From: a virus
Lineage: Duplodnaviria; Caudoviricetes
IMG/VR virus record: IMGVR_UViG_3300031951_000074
Span: 27,615-91,614 of that record
Strand: one strand, 5' to 3'
Length of the DNA stretch: 64,000 nt
How positions within the stretch are numbered: position 1 is the first letter of the stretch; every line of letters starts with the position of its first letter. The notes beneath the pieces were generated by a model. That model saw only the letters and a program-made list of their open reading frames with translations. It ran no database searches and was not told the DNA's origin. Shown in pieces: positions 1-9,160 of the stretch. The translations under genes were made by a program, and so were the position numbers.

Positions 1-2
1 AA

Positions 3-80
3 AACGGCGATGCGTTGAACGTGTTGGCTGTGGAAGGAAGCGTAACAACTCTGAGCTCTATACAAGGTGGTCAGTTCTGA
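3..80 (+). CDS. 3' end of an upstream structural gene (partial), ending ...SIQGGQF*
   Basis: Open frame from the window edge to TGA at 78-80; the C-terminal GGxF resembles the DGGTF end of ORF 8906-9151. Confidence 0.55.
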   Translation, partial: NGDALNVLAVEGSVTTLSSIQGGQF

Positions 81-137
81 CCACCTTTTTACCTAGTTTT
101 ATTTGACTAGTAGAAACCCACCTTTTTAGGAAAAACA

Positions 138-3100
138 ATGATACCTATTATTCTAAAAAAATCTAATGTACCATCAAAAGCCCCAACCACAGCAGATTTG
201 GACTGGGGCGAACTTGCTGTAAACTATACAGATGGTAAGTTGTATTATAAAAAACAAAGCGACAACGATCCAACTGGAACAATAGATTATTTTACCTCTT
301 CTACGGCTGCAACCGGAGTAAATAATGGAGCTTTAACTCTTGCATCTGCCTCTGGAACTACAAACACAGCCGTAACAATAAATAACGGTACGGGTTTCAC
401 AGCAAATTCTAGTCAGAACATACAGTACACAATAGCAGTAGGTCCAGCACTTACTGCTTTGTCTACTGTTATGTCGCCAAACAATACAGGCTTACTTAAA
501 AAAACCGGCACAGATACTTACACTCTTGATACTACCAACTACTTAACATCTGCTGTTACCAGTGTTAGTGGTACAGGAACAGTCGCCGGCTTGTCACTGA
601 GTGGAACTGTGACTTCTACAGGAAACCTAACACTGTCCGGTACGTTGAGTGCTCCAGTGACTAGTATCAATGACAGTACTGTGGTAGGTAGAAACTTAGT
701 AAAGCTAGCAGATCCAAATAATATTACATTTTTAAGAGTTAACGCAGACAATACAGTCAGTGCTTTAAATGCAGCTGACTTTAGAACTGCAATTGGTGCT
801 GGTACGGGCGGAGGCGGTACCGGCACTGTTACCAGTGTTAGTGGCACAGGAACAGTAGCCGGCTTGTCATTGAGCGGAACAGTCACTACTACAGGAAACT
901 TGAGTTTGAGTGGTACTTTGAGTGCTCCAGTGAGCAGCATCAACGACAGTACGACAGTTGGTAGAAACTTAGTAAAACTAACAGATCCAGGCAGCATCAC
1001 CTTTTTAAGAGTTAATGCAGACAACACAGTCAGTGCTCTTAACGCAACTGACTTTAGAACTGCAATTGGGGCCGGTACGGGCGGAGGTACTGGCACTGTT
1101 ACCAGTGTTAGTGGTACAGGAACGGTGGCTGGTTTGTCTCTCACTGGAACAGTCACTACTACAGGAAACTTGAGTTTGAGTGGTACTTTGAGTGCTCCAG
1201 TGAGCAGCATCAACGACAGTACGACAGTTGGTAGAAACTTAGTAAAGCTAGCAGATCCAGGTGCTGTTACATTTTTAAGAGTTAATGCAGACAACACAGT
1301 CAGTGCGTTGAATGCAACTGACTTTAGAACTGCAATTGGGGCAGGTACTGGAGGCGGTGGAGTTATTCAAGTAACTGCTTCTGCCCCAATATCCAGCACA
1401 GGTGGTAGTACTCCAACAATATCTATAGATCCAGCTACAACTTCTGCTGCAGGCAGCATGAGTGCAGCAGATAAAGCTAAACTAAATGGCATTGAAGCAG
1501 GTGCTCAGGTTAATTTACCAACAAATTTAGGTATAGGTGAACGTACCGGTTTAACTGCAGCTATTACAAGTTCTACTGGTACAAGTGCAATTTTATTTAA
1601 TGCTACAGATACTTTAGCAGGCTTAATGAGTGCAGGAGACAAAATTAAACTAAATGGTATTCCAGCAGGAGGTAATGCAGCTACAAATTTAGGTATAGGT
1701 GAACGTACCGGTTTAACTGTAGCTATTACAAGTTCTACTGGTACAAGTGCAATTTTATTTAATGCTACAGATACTTTAGCAGGCTTAATGAGTGCAGCAG
1801 ATAAAGCTAAACTAAATGGTATTCAAGCAGGAGCAACAGCCAATACAGGAACTGTTGACAGCGTAGCCGGTAAGACAGGCGTAGTTACATTGACCAAAAC
1901 CGATGTTGGGTTAGGTAACGTAGATAATACGTCTGATGCAGACAAGCCAGTAAGTACAGCACAACAAGCTGCTTTAAATCTAAAAGCTAACATTGATTCT
2001 CCAAACTTTACAGGATCTGTAAAAGAAAATAATAATCAAGTATTGCATGCTGGTAACTACAGTGGATACTCGCCAACACTAACCGGAGGTGGAGCAAGTG
2101 GCTCTTGGAGTATTTCTGTTACTGGAAACGCAAGCACTGCTACAACATTGCAAACATCTCGTACAATCAATGGTGTTGCTTTTAACGGTTCTCAAAACAT
2201 TGTTGTTCAAGACAGTACAAAACTTCCACTAACTGGTGGTACATTAACAGGATCTGTAACTTTAAATGGTGGAAGTATTGGGATCGATGTTGCCCCAACA
2301 GATCCGGCCGTTTCAGGCAGATCAATACAAATAGTTAATGGCGGTGGTTTGTTGTGGGCAACAACTGGGAGTTTTGTAGTTGCAAACAATATTACAATAG
2401 ATTCTTCTGGTAATGGTGTTTATCAATTAGCTACTGCTGCTTCTTCGTACTCACAAACTGCTGGCACTCATAGATGGTATACTGCAGCTGGTGGTACAGC
2501 GGGATCTGTGGCTAATATGGTAGAAGGTCTGAGTTTGAATTCAACAGCTCTAGACTCTAAGGTTGCCATCAAAGAAAATAACAACCAAGTATTACATGCT
2601 GGCAACTATAGCAATTATGCAATACCAGCTGTAGCACCTGGCACAAGCGGCAATGTGTTAACTTCCAACGGGTCTAGTTGGACTAGTCAAGCACCATCAG
2701 GAGGTGCTGGAAACTCAGTTAACATACAAGAGTTCTCCACAGTAGGTACTTCTACTTGGACCAAACCAGCAGGTGCCAAGTTAATACATATTATTTTACA
2801 AGCCGGAGGTGGTGGGGGTGGATCGGGACGTGTTCGAGCTTCAGCAAGTTTTAGTACAGAAACTGCTGGAGGAGGCGGCGGAGGTGGTGGAGGCGGTAGA
2901 ACAGAGTTCTTTTTTCCAGCCAGTCTTTTTGCAAATACAGAAAATGTGGAAGTGGGTGCTGGTGGAAGTGGTGCAGCATCACAAACATCAATAACAAGTG
3001 GTAATGCTGGAAGTACGGGTGGCAATTCAACATTTGGAACCACAGTTCGCGCCAGAGCTCGCGGAGGCGTGGGCGGAAACGGAGGCTCGGCAGGTGCTGC

Positions 3101-3566
3101 TACTACTGGAGCACTTGCCGGCGGTGTAACCAGTACAGGAACACCTTCAGGTACTTTTGTCTATTCTGCTTCTGGTGGTACCGGATACAATATTGGTGGT
3201 TCTGGAGGCCGTGGAGGATACAATGGTGGTGGTGGTGGTGGTGGTGGCGGGTATAATTCTAATAGCAGTATCGGCGGTGCTGGAGGTGCTGGAGGCTTGG
3301 GGGGTGCAATTATAGACTCTAGTACTAATAGTAGTGGTGGTGGTGGTGCTGGAGGTGCTTCTGGAAATCCTGGAACTGCCGGCTCTAATGCCACCGATCC
3401 ATTTTTGGGTGGCAGTGGTGGTGGCGGTGGTTCTGGTGGGCAGCCCGGCGCCGCAGGTGGAATACCTGGCGGGGGTGGCGGAGGAGGTGGAGCCGGTTCA
3501 AATGCCGTTTCTGGAGCAGGTGGTAATGGTGGGCATGGTTTTGTTCGCATAACTACATATTTCTGA
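138..3566 (+). CDS. Long tail fibre / receptor-binding protein with internal repeats and a glycine-rich C-terminal domain
   Basis: 1142 aa; AGGA RBS; N-terminal 'ILKKS..GELAVNYTDGKLYYK' fibre anchor motif; Thr/Gly/Ser-rich repeats; 'VDSVAGKTGVVTLTKTDVGLGNVDNTSDADKPVS' fibre motif; Gly-rich C-terminus. Confidence 0.85.
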   Translation: MIPIILKKSNVPSKAPTTADLDWGELAVNYTDGKLYYKKQSDNDPTGTIDYFTSSTAATGVNNGALTLASASGTTNTAVTINNGTGFTANSSQNIQYTIAVGPALTALSTVMSPNNTGLLKKTGTDTYTLDTTNYLTSAVTSVSGTGTVAGLSLSGTVTSTGNLTLSGTLSAPVTSINDSTVVGRNLVKLADPNNITFLRVNADNTVSALNAADFRTAIGAGTGGGGTGTVTSVSGTGTVAGLSLSGTVTTTGNLSLSGTLSAPVSSINDSTTVGRNLVKLTDPGSITFLRVNADNTVSALNATDFRTAIGAGTGGGTGTVTSVSGTGTVAGLSLTGTVTTTGNLSLSGTLSAPVSSINDSTTVGRNLVKLADPGAVTFLRVNADNTVSALNATDFRTAIGAGTGGGGVIQVTASAPISSTGGSTPTISIDPATTSAAGSMSAADKAKLNGIEAGAQVNLPTNLGIGERTGLTAAITSSTGTSAILFNATDTLAGLMSAGDKIKLNGIPAGGNAATNLGIGERTGLTVAITSSTGTSAILFNATDTLAGLMSAADKAKLNGIQAGATANTGTVDSVAGKTGVVTLTKTDVGLGNVDNTSDADKPVSTAQQAALNLKANIDSPNFTGSVKENNNQVLHAGNYSGYSPTLTGGGASGSWSISVTGNASTATTLQTSRTINGVAFNGSQNIVVQDSTKLPLTGGTLTGSVTLNGGSIGIDVAPTDPAVSGRSIQIVNGGGLLWATTGSFVVANNITIDSSGNGVYQLATAASSYSQTAGTHRWYTAAGGTAGSVANMVEGLSLNSTALDSKVAIKENNNQVLHAGNYSNYAIPAVAPGTSGNVLTSNGSSWTSQAPSGGAGNSVNIQEFSTVGTSTWTKPAGAKLIHIILQAGGGGGGSGRVRASASFSTETAGGGGGGGGGGRTEFFFPASLFANTENVEVGAGGSGAASQTSITSGNAGSTGGNSTFGTTVRARARGGVGGNGGSAGAATTGALAGGVTSTGTPSGTFVYSASGGTGYNIGGSGGRGGYNGGGGGGGGGYNSNSSIGGAGGAGGLGGAIIDSSTNSSGGGGAGGASGNPGTAGSNATDPFLGGSGGGGGSGGQPGAAGGIPGGGGGGGGAGSNAVSGAGGNGGHGFVRITTYF
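555..1360 (+). repeat. Three tandem ~270-nt coding repeats in the tail fibre
   Basis: Units start at 555, 828 and 1098 (VTSVSGTGTVAGLSL...DFRTAIGAGTGGG) and are near-identical at DNA level. Confidence 0.9.
1521..1822 (+). repeat. Two tandem 162-nt-period coding repeats in the tail fibre
   Basis: acaaatttaggtataggtgaacgtaccggtttaactg... at 1521 and 1683 (TNLGIGERTGLT..AITSSTGTSAILFNATDTLAGLMSA). Confidence 0.9.
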
Positions 3567-3574
3567 GGTTATTT

Positions 3575-3805
3575 ATGAGAAAACAATTTTTATTAAACAC
3601 AGATGGATCTGTTCCAGCAGGTGTAGATATAAACCTGTTAAGATCTGAAAATATACCATTAGTAATTCCTACCCCAGTACCAGTACAGTCAGGTATGGTT
3701 GCAGTAGAACAAGACCCTAAACCTGACGAGTATGGCGTACTGCGGCAAGTTTGGAAACTGGAACCTTTTGTTGCAGAAAATCAACCAACCCCTGAAGAAC
3801 TATAA
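3575..3805 (+). CDS. Small tail-fibre-associated protein (possible chaperone)
   Basis: 76 aa, GAGG RBS, directly after the fibre gene; 'QVWKLEP' motif resembles fibre assembly proteins. Confidence 0.6.
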   Translation: MRKQFLLNTDGSVPAGVDINLLRSENIPLVIPTPVPVQSGMVAVEQDPKPDEYGVLRQVWKLEPFVAENQPTPEEL

Positions 3806-3836
3806 AACCCAAACCAAGCGTTCCATATTTTTTAGC

Positions 3837-3865
3837 TTGTACACTTGAGTACGATATGTTATAAT
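3837..3865 (+). promoter_or_regulatory. Sigma70-type promoter TTGTAC-N17-TATAAT
   Basis: Intergenic, 17-nt spacer, upstream of ORF 3913. Confidence 0.7.
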
Positions 3866-3912
3866 ACAAACAAATACCAGCATAATTTTTAACCTTTTTA
3901 AAGGGCTATTAA

Positions 3913-4269
3913 ATGACAACAGAATTCAAAATTGTTATCGATAACATTCGTACTCATGATGTTCAAAACTTTGAAAAGGTAGTAAAACAAATTGATTTTA
4001 CTATTAGTGGTACAAAACAATCAGAAACATTCTCTTTACCACAAAGCTTGGTTTTGACGGATAAACAAATAGAAAACTTTATTCCTTTTGAAGATCTTAC
4101 AGAAGCCTGGGCCGTAGACTTGATTGAAAAGAACTTTGATAACATAGAACAAGTAAAGTCACACATTGAATACGTACTAGATACTATGGTTTTAAAAAAG
4201 AATCTAGTTCAACAAAGTCTACCTTGGGCTTCGGCAAGCAATGCTGTACGCCCTTTTGTTCTTTTTTAA
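3913..4269 (+). CDS. Hypothetical phage protein (FIPFEDLTE...LPW family, often beside tail genes)
   Basis: 118 aa ORF with FIPFxDLTE and LPW motifs. Confidence 0.65.
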   Translation: MTTEFKIVIDNIRTHDVQNFEKVVKQIDFTISGTKQSETFSLPQSLVLTDKQIENFIPFEDLTEAWAVDLIEKNFDNIEQVKSHIEYVLDTMVLKKNLVQQSLPWASASNAVRPFVLF

Positions 4270-4281
4270 AGGGTATGATTT

Positions 4282-6321
4282 ATGAAAGTTATTAAACCAA
4301 TTGAGGTGTTACGTGATACGTACACAGATGTAAACACAAGAGATGTTGTACCAGCTTGGAACAGCGGTACTACATACGGAAGCAGTAGTACTTTTGATAA
4401 AGTATGGGTACAGTATCTTGGAGTGGTGTACGAGAGCATCAAGCCCGTCAATTTAAACAACACACCGTCTAGTGGCAGTACTTGGTGGAGAACTGTAACC
4501 ACAACGTCCTCAGACGATTTTGCCGGTTCTGTTTATAACAGTGGTACTACCTACAGTACCGGAGACATAGTATACTACCAAACAAGTAGTACCGACTGGC
4601 CAAAGTATTATCAGAGTTTGCAAAATACCAACTTAAACAAAACACCACCAGATAATTTGACTGGAACAACACCCTACTGGCTAGATCTGGGATACACAAA
4701 CACAAGTAAATTATACGATATTGAAACCAGTACACAGACCATTACAACCGACGAACTAATAACCACTTTTACTGCCCGCAAAGTTACTAGTGGTGGAATA
4801 TTTGGTGCTTATGGTTCGAGAGTTTTATTAACAGCAAAATCAGAACGCAACCTGTACTCCAAAATAGACTGGAATACTACTGCGTCAGTTCATACTACAA
4901 CTCCAACACTGAACTCAATGGTTTTTGCAGCAGACAAAAACATATTGTTGTTGTGCGGTAACAGCGGGTTTTTGAAGTACAGCAAAGACAATGGAGTTAC
5001 TTGGATTAATTGTGTTACTCCTGCCACAGCGCCAAATTTAAAAACACTGAGTTACAGCAAGGATAACTCTGTTTTTATAGCTGCAGGTACGAGTAGTGAT
5101 TCAAGCACTGCCATAATTTGGAAGAGTTTGGATGGTATTAACTGGACTAATATAACAGGATTGCCAACAGGTAGTGTTTCCTTAAACAAGGCTATCTGGA
5201 TAAAGCAATTAAACAAGTTTGTAATTGCTGCCAGTAATGGAAATATTTATACTTCAGATGGTACAGCCACAACATGGTTAGCTTCAAGCGTCGGGGCTGG
5301 TACGACCGACTTGGTAGGAATTGTTTATAATCCAGCAAATGGACTAGTTCACGTAATAGGAAATAATACACTAAGATATAGCAGCGATTTGAATACTTGG
5401 ACAGCTATAATGTGGCTAAACAATATAAGAGATATTGCAGTTGTAAATAACAGTGATTATTCAACAACCGGTTCTACAACACAATATTGTATAGTAGCTG
5501 GAACTAGTGGGTCGCTGAGTACTACTCATAAGAGCTCTGATGGTATCACTTGGTCAACAGCTGCAATACTGACTGGAATTCCAACAAATTATGTATCTTC
5601 TGGGGTAACATACTGCTATACAGAATCTAAGTGGGTATTAAACATAGGTGGGTATATACTAACCTGGGATGGCAGCGCGTCTACTAGTTATACAGATATT
5701 ACACCCAGCAACAATCCAAATACCAATCGTACAAGAGTGTACTACAATAACTCAACAGACAGTCTTTTCTTTTTTGGTAATAATAGCACTCTAGTAACAA
5801 GCCCAAACATTTACTTTAAAGAGTACAACTTGAATAGTTCCCTAGTAGATAATTGGTATGATTATTTTTACAAAGATTACACTCTTTTGAGCGAGTCAAT
5901 TTTTGAAGATATTCCTGTTTATACGCGTACAAGAATTACTATTTGTGTTATTGGAGATGTAGTGCGGTGTGGTATTGCTTTTGCTGGTATAAGTAACAAA
6001 ATAGGAACAACACAATATGGAGCGTCAGCCGGTATTATTGACTACAGCAAAAAAGAAACAGACGAGTTTGGTACCACTACGTTTATTAAGCGAGCTTTTA
6101 GCAAGCGAATGAATGTAAACTTAATTTTACTGAGCGCTGATTTGTACAGAGTACAAAAAGTTTTAAGCGATGTTCGTGCTACTCCGTGTATTTGGATAGG
6201 AAGTGACACAGATATTTACAAGAGTCTTACCATGTATGGGTATTACAGAGATTTTAGCTTGGAAATTCCATATCCAGAATATTCCTATTGCAGCCTACAA
6301 GTAGAAGGATTAACAGAATGA
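4282..6321 (+). CDS. Tail/baseplate protein with an inserted BNR/beta-propeller-like domain
   Basis: 679 aa; SxDGxxW (BNR/Asp-box-like) repeats; N-terminal carbohydrate-binding-like 'WNSGTTY' repeats; C-terminus 'GIIDYSKKETDEFG...KRAFSKR' typical of phage tail proteins. Confidence 0.7.
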   Translation: MKVIKPIEVLRDTYTDVNTRDVVPAWNSGTTYGSSSTFDKVWVQYLGVVYESIKPVNLNNTPSSGSTWWRTVTTTSSDDFAGSVYNSGTTYSTGDIVYYQTSSTDWPKYYQSLQNTNLNKTPPDNLTGTTPYWLDLGYTNTSKLYDIETSTQTITTDELITTFTARKVTSGGIFGAYGSRVLLTAKSERNLYSKIDWNTTASVHTTTPTLNSMVFAADKNILLLCGNSGFLKYSKDNGVTWINCVTPATAPNLKTLSYSKDNSVFIAAGTSSDSSTAIIWKSLDGINWTNITGLPTGSVSLNKAIWIKQLNKFVIAASNGNIYTSDGTATTWLASSVGAGTTDLVGIVYNPANGLVHVIGNNTLRYSSDLNTWTAIMWLNNIRDIAVVNNSDYSTTGSTTQYCIVAGTSGSLSTTHKSSDGITWSTAAILTGIPTNYVSSGVTYCYTESKWVLNIGGYILTWDGSASTSYTDITPSNNPNTNRTRVYYNNSTDSLFFFGNNSTLVTSPNIYFKEYNLNSSLVDNWYDYFYKDYTLLSESIFEDIPVYTRTRITICVIGDVVRCGIAFAGISNKIGTTQYGASAGIIDYSKKETDEFGTTTFIKRAFSKRMNVNLILLSADLYRVQKVLSDVRATPCIWIGSDTDIYKSLTMYGYYRDFSLEIPYPEYSYCSLQVEGLTE

Positions 6322-7565
6322 TTACAACAATTTCAACCCTACCACAATCACCAAATCGTAACGATCCTGCAACTTTTAGTGACAAAGCAGACGCTCTTTT
6401 GGGGGCAATGCCTACTCTTGTAACAGAACTAAATAGTTTTGTTAACGAAGTTAATACACTCAGTTTTAAAACTGCTTGTAAAGCCGCTACACTCGCTGCA
6501 ATTACATTAAGTGGTACCCAAACAATTGATGGGCAAAACATAGTTGCAGGCGACAGAGTATTGGTAAAAAATCAAGCCAGTCTGGCAGAAAACGGTATTT
6601 ATACAGCAAGTATTAATGCTTGGACAAGAGCACCAGACATGGATACAGTTGCTGAAGTTGCTGGCAGCTTTGTACCTGTTACTTTTGGGGCACAGCAGGG
6701 TGGAAAGATCTACTATACCACTTTTAATGCCACTGGAGCTACTTTGGGAACAACAGCTATTCCTTGGAATAGTTTAACAGAAGCCAGTATTACTGGAATA
6801 GGTACTGTTGCAGTTGCAAATGGCGGCACTGGTATTGCAAGTTATGCAATTGGTGATTTGATTTACGCCAGCGGTACAACTACTCTTGTAAAGCTAGCAG
6901 CAGCAGCGAGTGGTAATGTTTTAAAAAGTGGCACTGCGCCTAGCTGGGGCAAAGTAGCTTTAACATCTGATGTGTCTGGTACGCTTCCTGTGGCGTCTGG
7001 CGGTACTGGCGCAGCCACTCTGACCGCGAACAACGTCTTGCTGGGCAACGGCACCTCTGCTGTTCAGACGGTAGCGCCTGGTACGGCGGGCAATCTTTTG
7101 ACCTCTGTTGGTGGCACTTGGGCAAGCGCTCCTCCACCGGCGGGTGGAGTGACAAGTCTCAACAGCCAGACAGGTGCTGTTGTAACGACCGGATTTGGTG
7201 ATATCGGTAGTGTTGCGGTACTGATGATTGCAACTAATACCAATGTGGCGGTTGGTTCGACTGTTGCGGGTAGCGATCTTCGATACGGTTGGAATCCCAA
7301 TTTTGGTGCAATGACCTACGGAGGTCTTACCGATTTTGCGACCAATCGTGGAAACAGTTCGGCAACATATAACGGCGGTGGCACTGCCCCGGCCGGGGGT
7401 GTCGGAACTTGGCGAAAGATAAGCTCTGGGAATACGTATTTTTCATCTGGTGGGTCTTACGCGGGAGTCAATTTAGTTTCTGCCTGCTGCGGCTCTTTTT
7501 TACAAGTTCAAGTATTTTCGGCTTCTTACGTTTGGGCCGCAGCCCTCTACGTCCGTGTTTCTTGA
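6318..7565 (+). CDS. Tail fibre protein with a mosaic, GC-richer C-terminal tip
   Basis: ATG at 6318 overlaps the previous stop, with an AAGGA RBS; 'LSGTQTIDG..GDRVLVKNQ..ENGIY' and 'LPVASGGTG' fibre motifs. Confidence 0.8.
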   Translation: MITTISTLPQSPNRNDPATFSDKADALLGAMPTLVTELNSFVNEVNTLSFKTACKAATLAAITLSGTQTIDGQNIVAGDRVLVKNQASLAENGIYTASINAWTRAPDMDTVAEVAGSFVPVTFGAQQGGKIYYTTFNATGATLGTTAIPWNSLTEASITGIGTVAVANGGTGIASYAIGDLIYASGTTTLVKLAAAASGNVLKSGTAPSWGKVALTSDVSGTLPVASGGTGAATLTANNVLLGNGTSAVQTVAPGTAGNLLTSVGGTWASAPPPAGGVTSLNSQTGAVVTTGFGDIGSVAVLMIATNTNVAVGSTVAGSDLRYGWNPNFGAMTYGGLTDFATNRGNSSATYNGGGTAPAGGVGTWRKISSGNTYFSSGGSYAGVNLVSACCGSFLQVQVFSASYVWAAALYVRVS

Positions 7566-7573
7566 GGTGCATC

Positions 7574-7846
7574 ATGTTCAATGTTCAATATGCAACTGAT
7601 CTGGTCTGGGCAGATGCGGATCAAACCAACTTCAAATGCAACGTCAAGCTGGCCGAGTTTGATGAAGTCATGCCGTGCGGTGTAAACGCAACGGATCGGT
7701 ACGCACACATCAAAGAGCTTTGGACCAGGGGACTCGCGGGAGAGTACGGCCCCATCGCGCCCTATGTCGCGCCGCCTGAGCCGGAGCCCGAGTCCGTTGC
7801 ACCTGTACAGGGACAGCCTACGCAGACGGGTGCGGAGCAGTTCTGA
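7574..7846 (+). CDS. Tail fibre assembly chaperone-like protein
   Basis: GAGG RBS and ATG at 7574; 'WAD..', 'AGEYGPIAPYVAPP' motif of tail fibre assembly proteins. Confidence 0.7.
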   Translation: MFNVQYATDLVWADADQTNFKCNVKLAEFDEVMPCGVNATDRYAHIKELWTRGLAGEYGPIAPYVAPPEPEPESVAPVQGQPTQTGAEQF

Positions 7847-8124
7847 TGAAATCTGTTTCCTCCAAATACAGCGTGACCTACGACGGTGCGGTGATGAACA
7901 TCTACCACGCCAACAAGGGCGAAGGTCTTCCGGCTCACGAACATCGGTACTCGCACCTGACCATGTGCCACTCCGGTCGCTGTGTTGTGCGGAAAGAAAA
8001 GGGCGAGCGCATCATCGACAAGAACTCTACGCCGCTGAACTTGGTTGCCGGGGAGTGGCATGAGATCGAGGCGCTGGAGGATGATACGGTGTTTGTAAAC
8101 GTCTTTGCAGAGGGAAAGCAGTGA
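7846..8124 (+). CDS. Cupin-fold protein
   Basis: 92 aa; HxHxxxH...H cupin metal motif (PAHEHRYSHL...WHEIEALED). Confidence 0.75.
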   Translation: MKSVSSKYSVTYDGAVMNIYHANKGEGLPAHEHRYSHLTMCHSGRCVVRKEKGERIIDKNSTPLNLVAGEWHEIEALEDDTVFVNVFAEGKQ

Positions 8125-8216
8125 ACTTCGATGCAGCTTTCAACACCCTTCTCAATCCAGCACCCAACAGCCACCAACTTCGATATAGTATCACTATCGA
8201 TTATATAAGAATAAAT

Positions 8217-8249
8217 AAAATACACCCACTAACCCTGGGTGTATTTTTT
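8217..8249 (+). terminator. Rho-independent terminator
   Basis: TACACCCA/TGGGTGTA stem followed by a T-run. Confidence 0.7.
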
Positions 8250-8251
8250 AC

Positions 8252-8280
8252 TTGACAATTTTTACCCTGTATAGTATAAT
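8252..8280 (+). promoter_or_regulatory. Perfect-consensus sigma70 promoter TTGACA-N17-TATAAT
   Basis: Exact consensus, directly after a terminator and upstream of ORF 8325. Confidence 0.85.
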
Positions 8281-8324
8281 TATACCTATAAAAAAATCTA
8301 TACTTGTTTTAAGCAGGAGTTATT

Positions 8325-8909
8325 ATGACAGCACCTACCCGACTAAATTTAAAGATTTATCAGGGCAGTACCTTTAGGCAAATCTTACGTTGGGAAAGTG
8401 CTACAAAGGTATATGTTCCTGTAACCTCTATTACAAACGCAGCACCAATGGTAATTACAGCCAATGCTCATGGAGCCCCTCAAGGCTGGAGAGTAAAACT
8501 CAGCAATGTGAATGGAATGAAAGAAGCCAATAATCTAGACTATGTAATAGCCACCGGAACCACTACAAACACCGTTACTATAAACAGTGTAAACAGTATT
8601 GGTTTCGCTACTTATACTAGCGGAGGCGTACTGGAGTACAATCAGCCCGTTGATTTAAGTGGTGTAACAGCAAGAATGCAGATCAGACCAAAAGTAGACA
8701 GTGATCAAATATTAGACACTTTAACAACAGAAAATAATAAGATTGTTTTAGATAACGTTTTAAAAACTATTACAATAGAAATAGACGAATCTGTAACTGC
8801 ATCGTACTCTTTTAAGAGTGCAGTCTATGATCTAGAAGTCGTCAAAAACAACGATGTTATCCCATTTTTAACAGGAACAATCCTGCTTACTAAAGAGGTA
8901 ACACGATGA
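8325..8909 (+). CDS. Fibre-attachment/collar-like beta-sandwich protein (T5 p132/LtfC-like)
   Basis: 'LKIYQGSTF', 'PVDLSGVTARMQIR', 'AVYDLEV..G.I..EVTR' motifs; AGGAG RBS. Confidence 0.65.
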   Translation: MTAPTRLNLKIYQGSTFRQILRWESATKVYVPVTSITNAAPMVITANAHGAPQGWRVKLSNVNGMKEANNLDYVIATGTTTNTVTINSVNSIGFATYTSGGVLEYNQPVDLSGVTARMQIRPKVDSDQILDTLTTENNKIVLDNVLKTITIEIDESVTASYSFKSAVYDLEVVKNNDVIPFLTGTILLTKEVTR

Positions 8910-9151
8910 GCTTTTACACTACTATAGAAAACGATTCAACCTCTAGTCTAGTAGTTATTGATGATACCAGAGAAATCATTATTGTTAGTGGAGCTATTGG
9001 CCCAAAGGGGGATAGTGGCGGAACCAACATAGGAAGTTATCCGGTTGTAGTATCAAATATTCAGGGCAATGATCTATTGTTGTTTAGCCAACCACAAAAT
9101 GCTTGGGTAAACGTACCTCAGACTTCAATAACAGACGGCGGAACTTTTTAA
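8906..9151 (+). CDS. Small structural adaptor ending in DGGTF
   Basis: 81 aa, overlaps the previous stop; short GPKGD collagen-like stretch; DGGTF terminus. Confidence 0.6.
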   Translation: MSFYTTIENDSTSSLVVIDDTREIIIVSGAIGPKGDSGGTNIGSYPVVVSNIQGNDLLLFSQPQNAWVNVPQTSITDGGTF

Positions 9152-9160
9152 GGAGGTTAG

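Noticed and set aside
539-3550. Long antisense ORFs (539-1297, 3161-3550; likewise 11091-11720)
   Set aside because: Shadows of Gly/Thr-rich sense genes, giving Pro/Val-rich translations with no RBS
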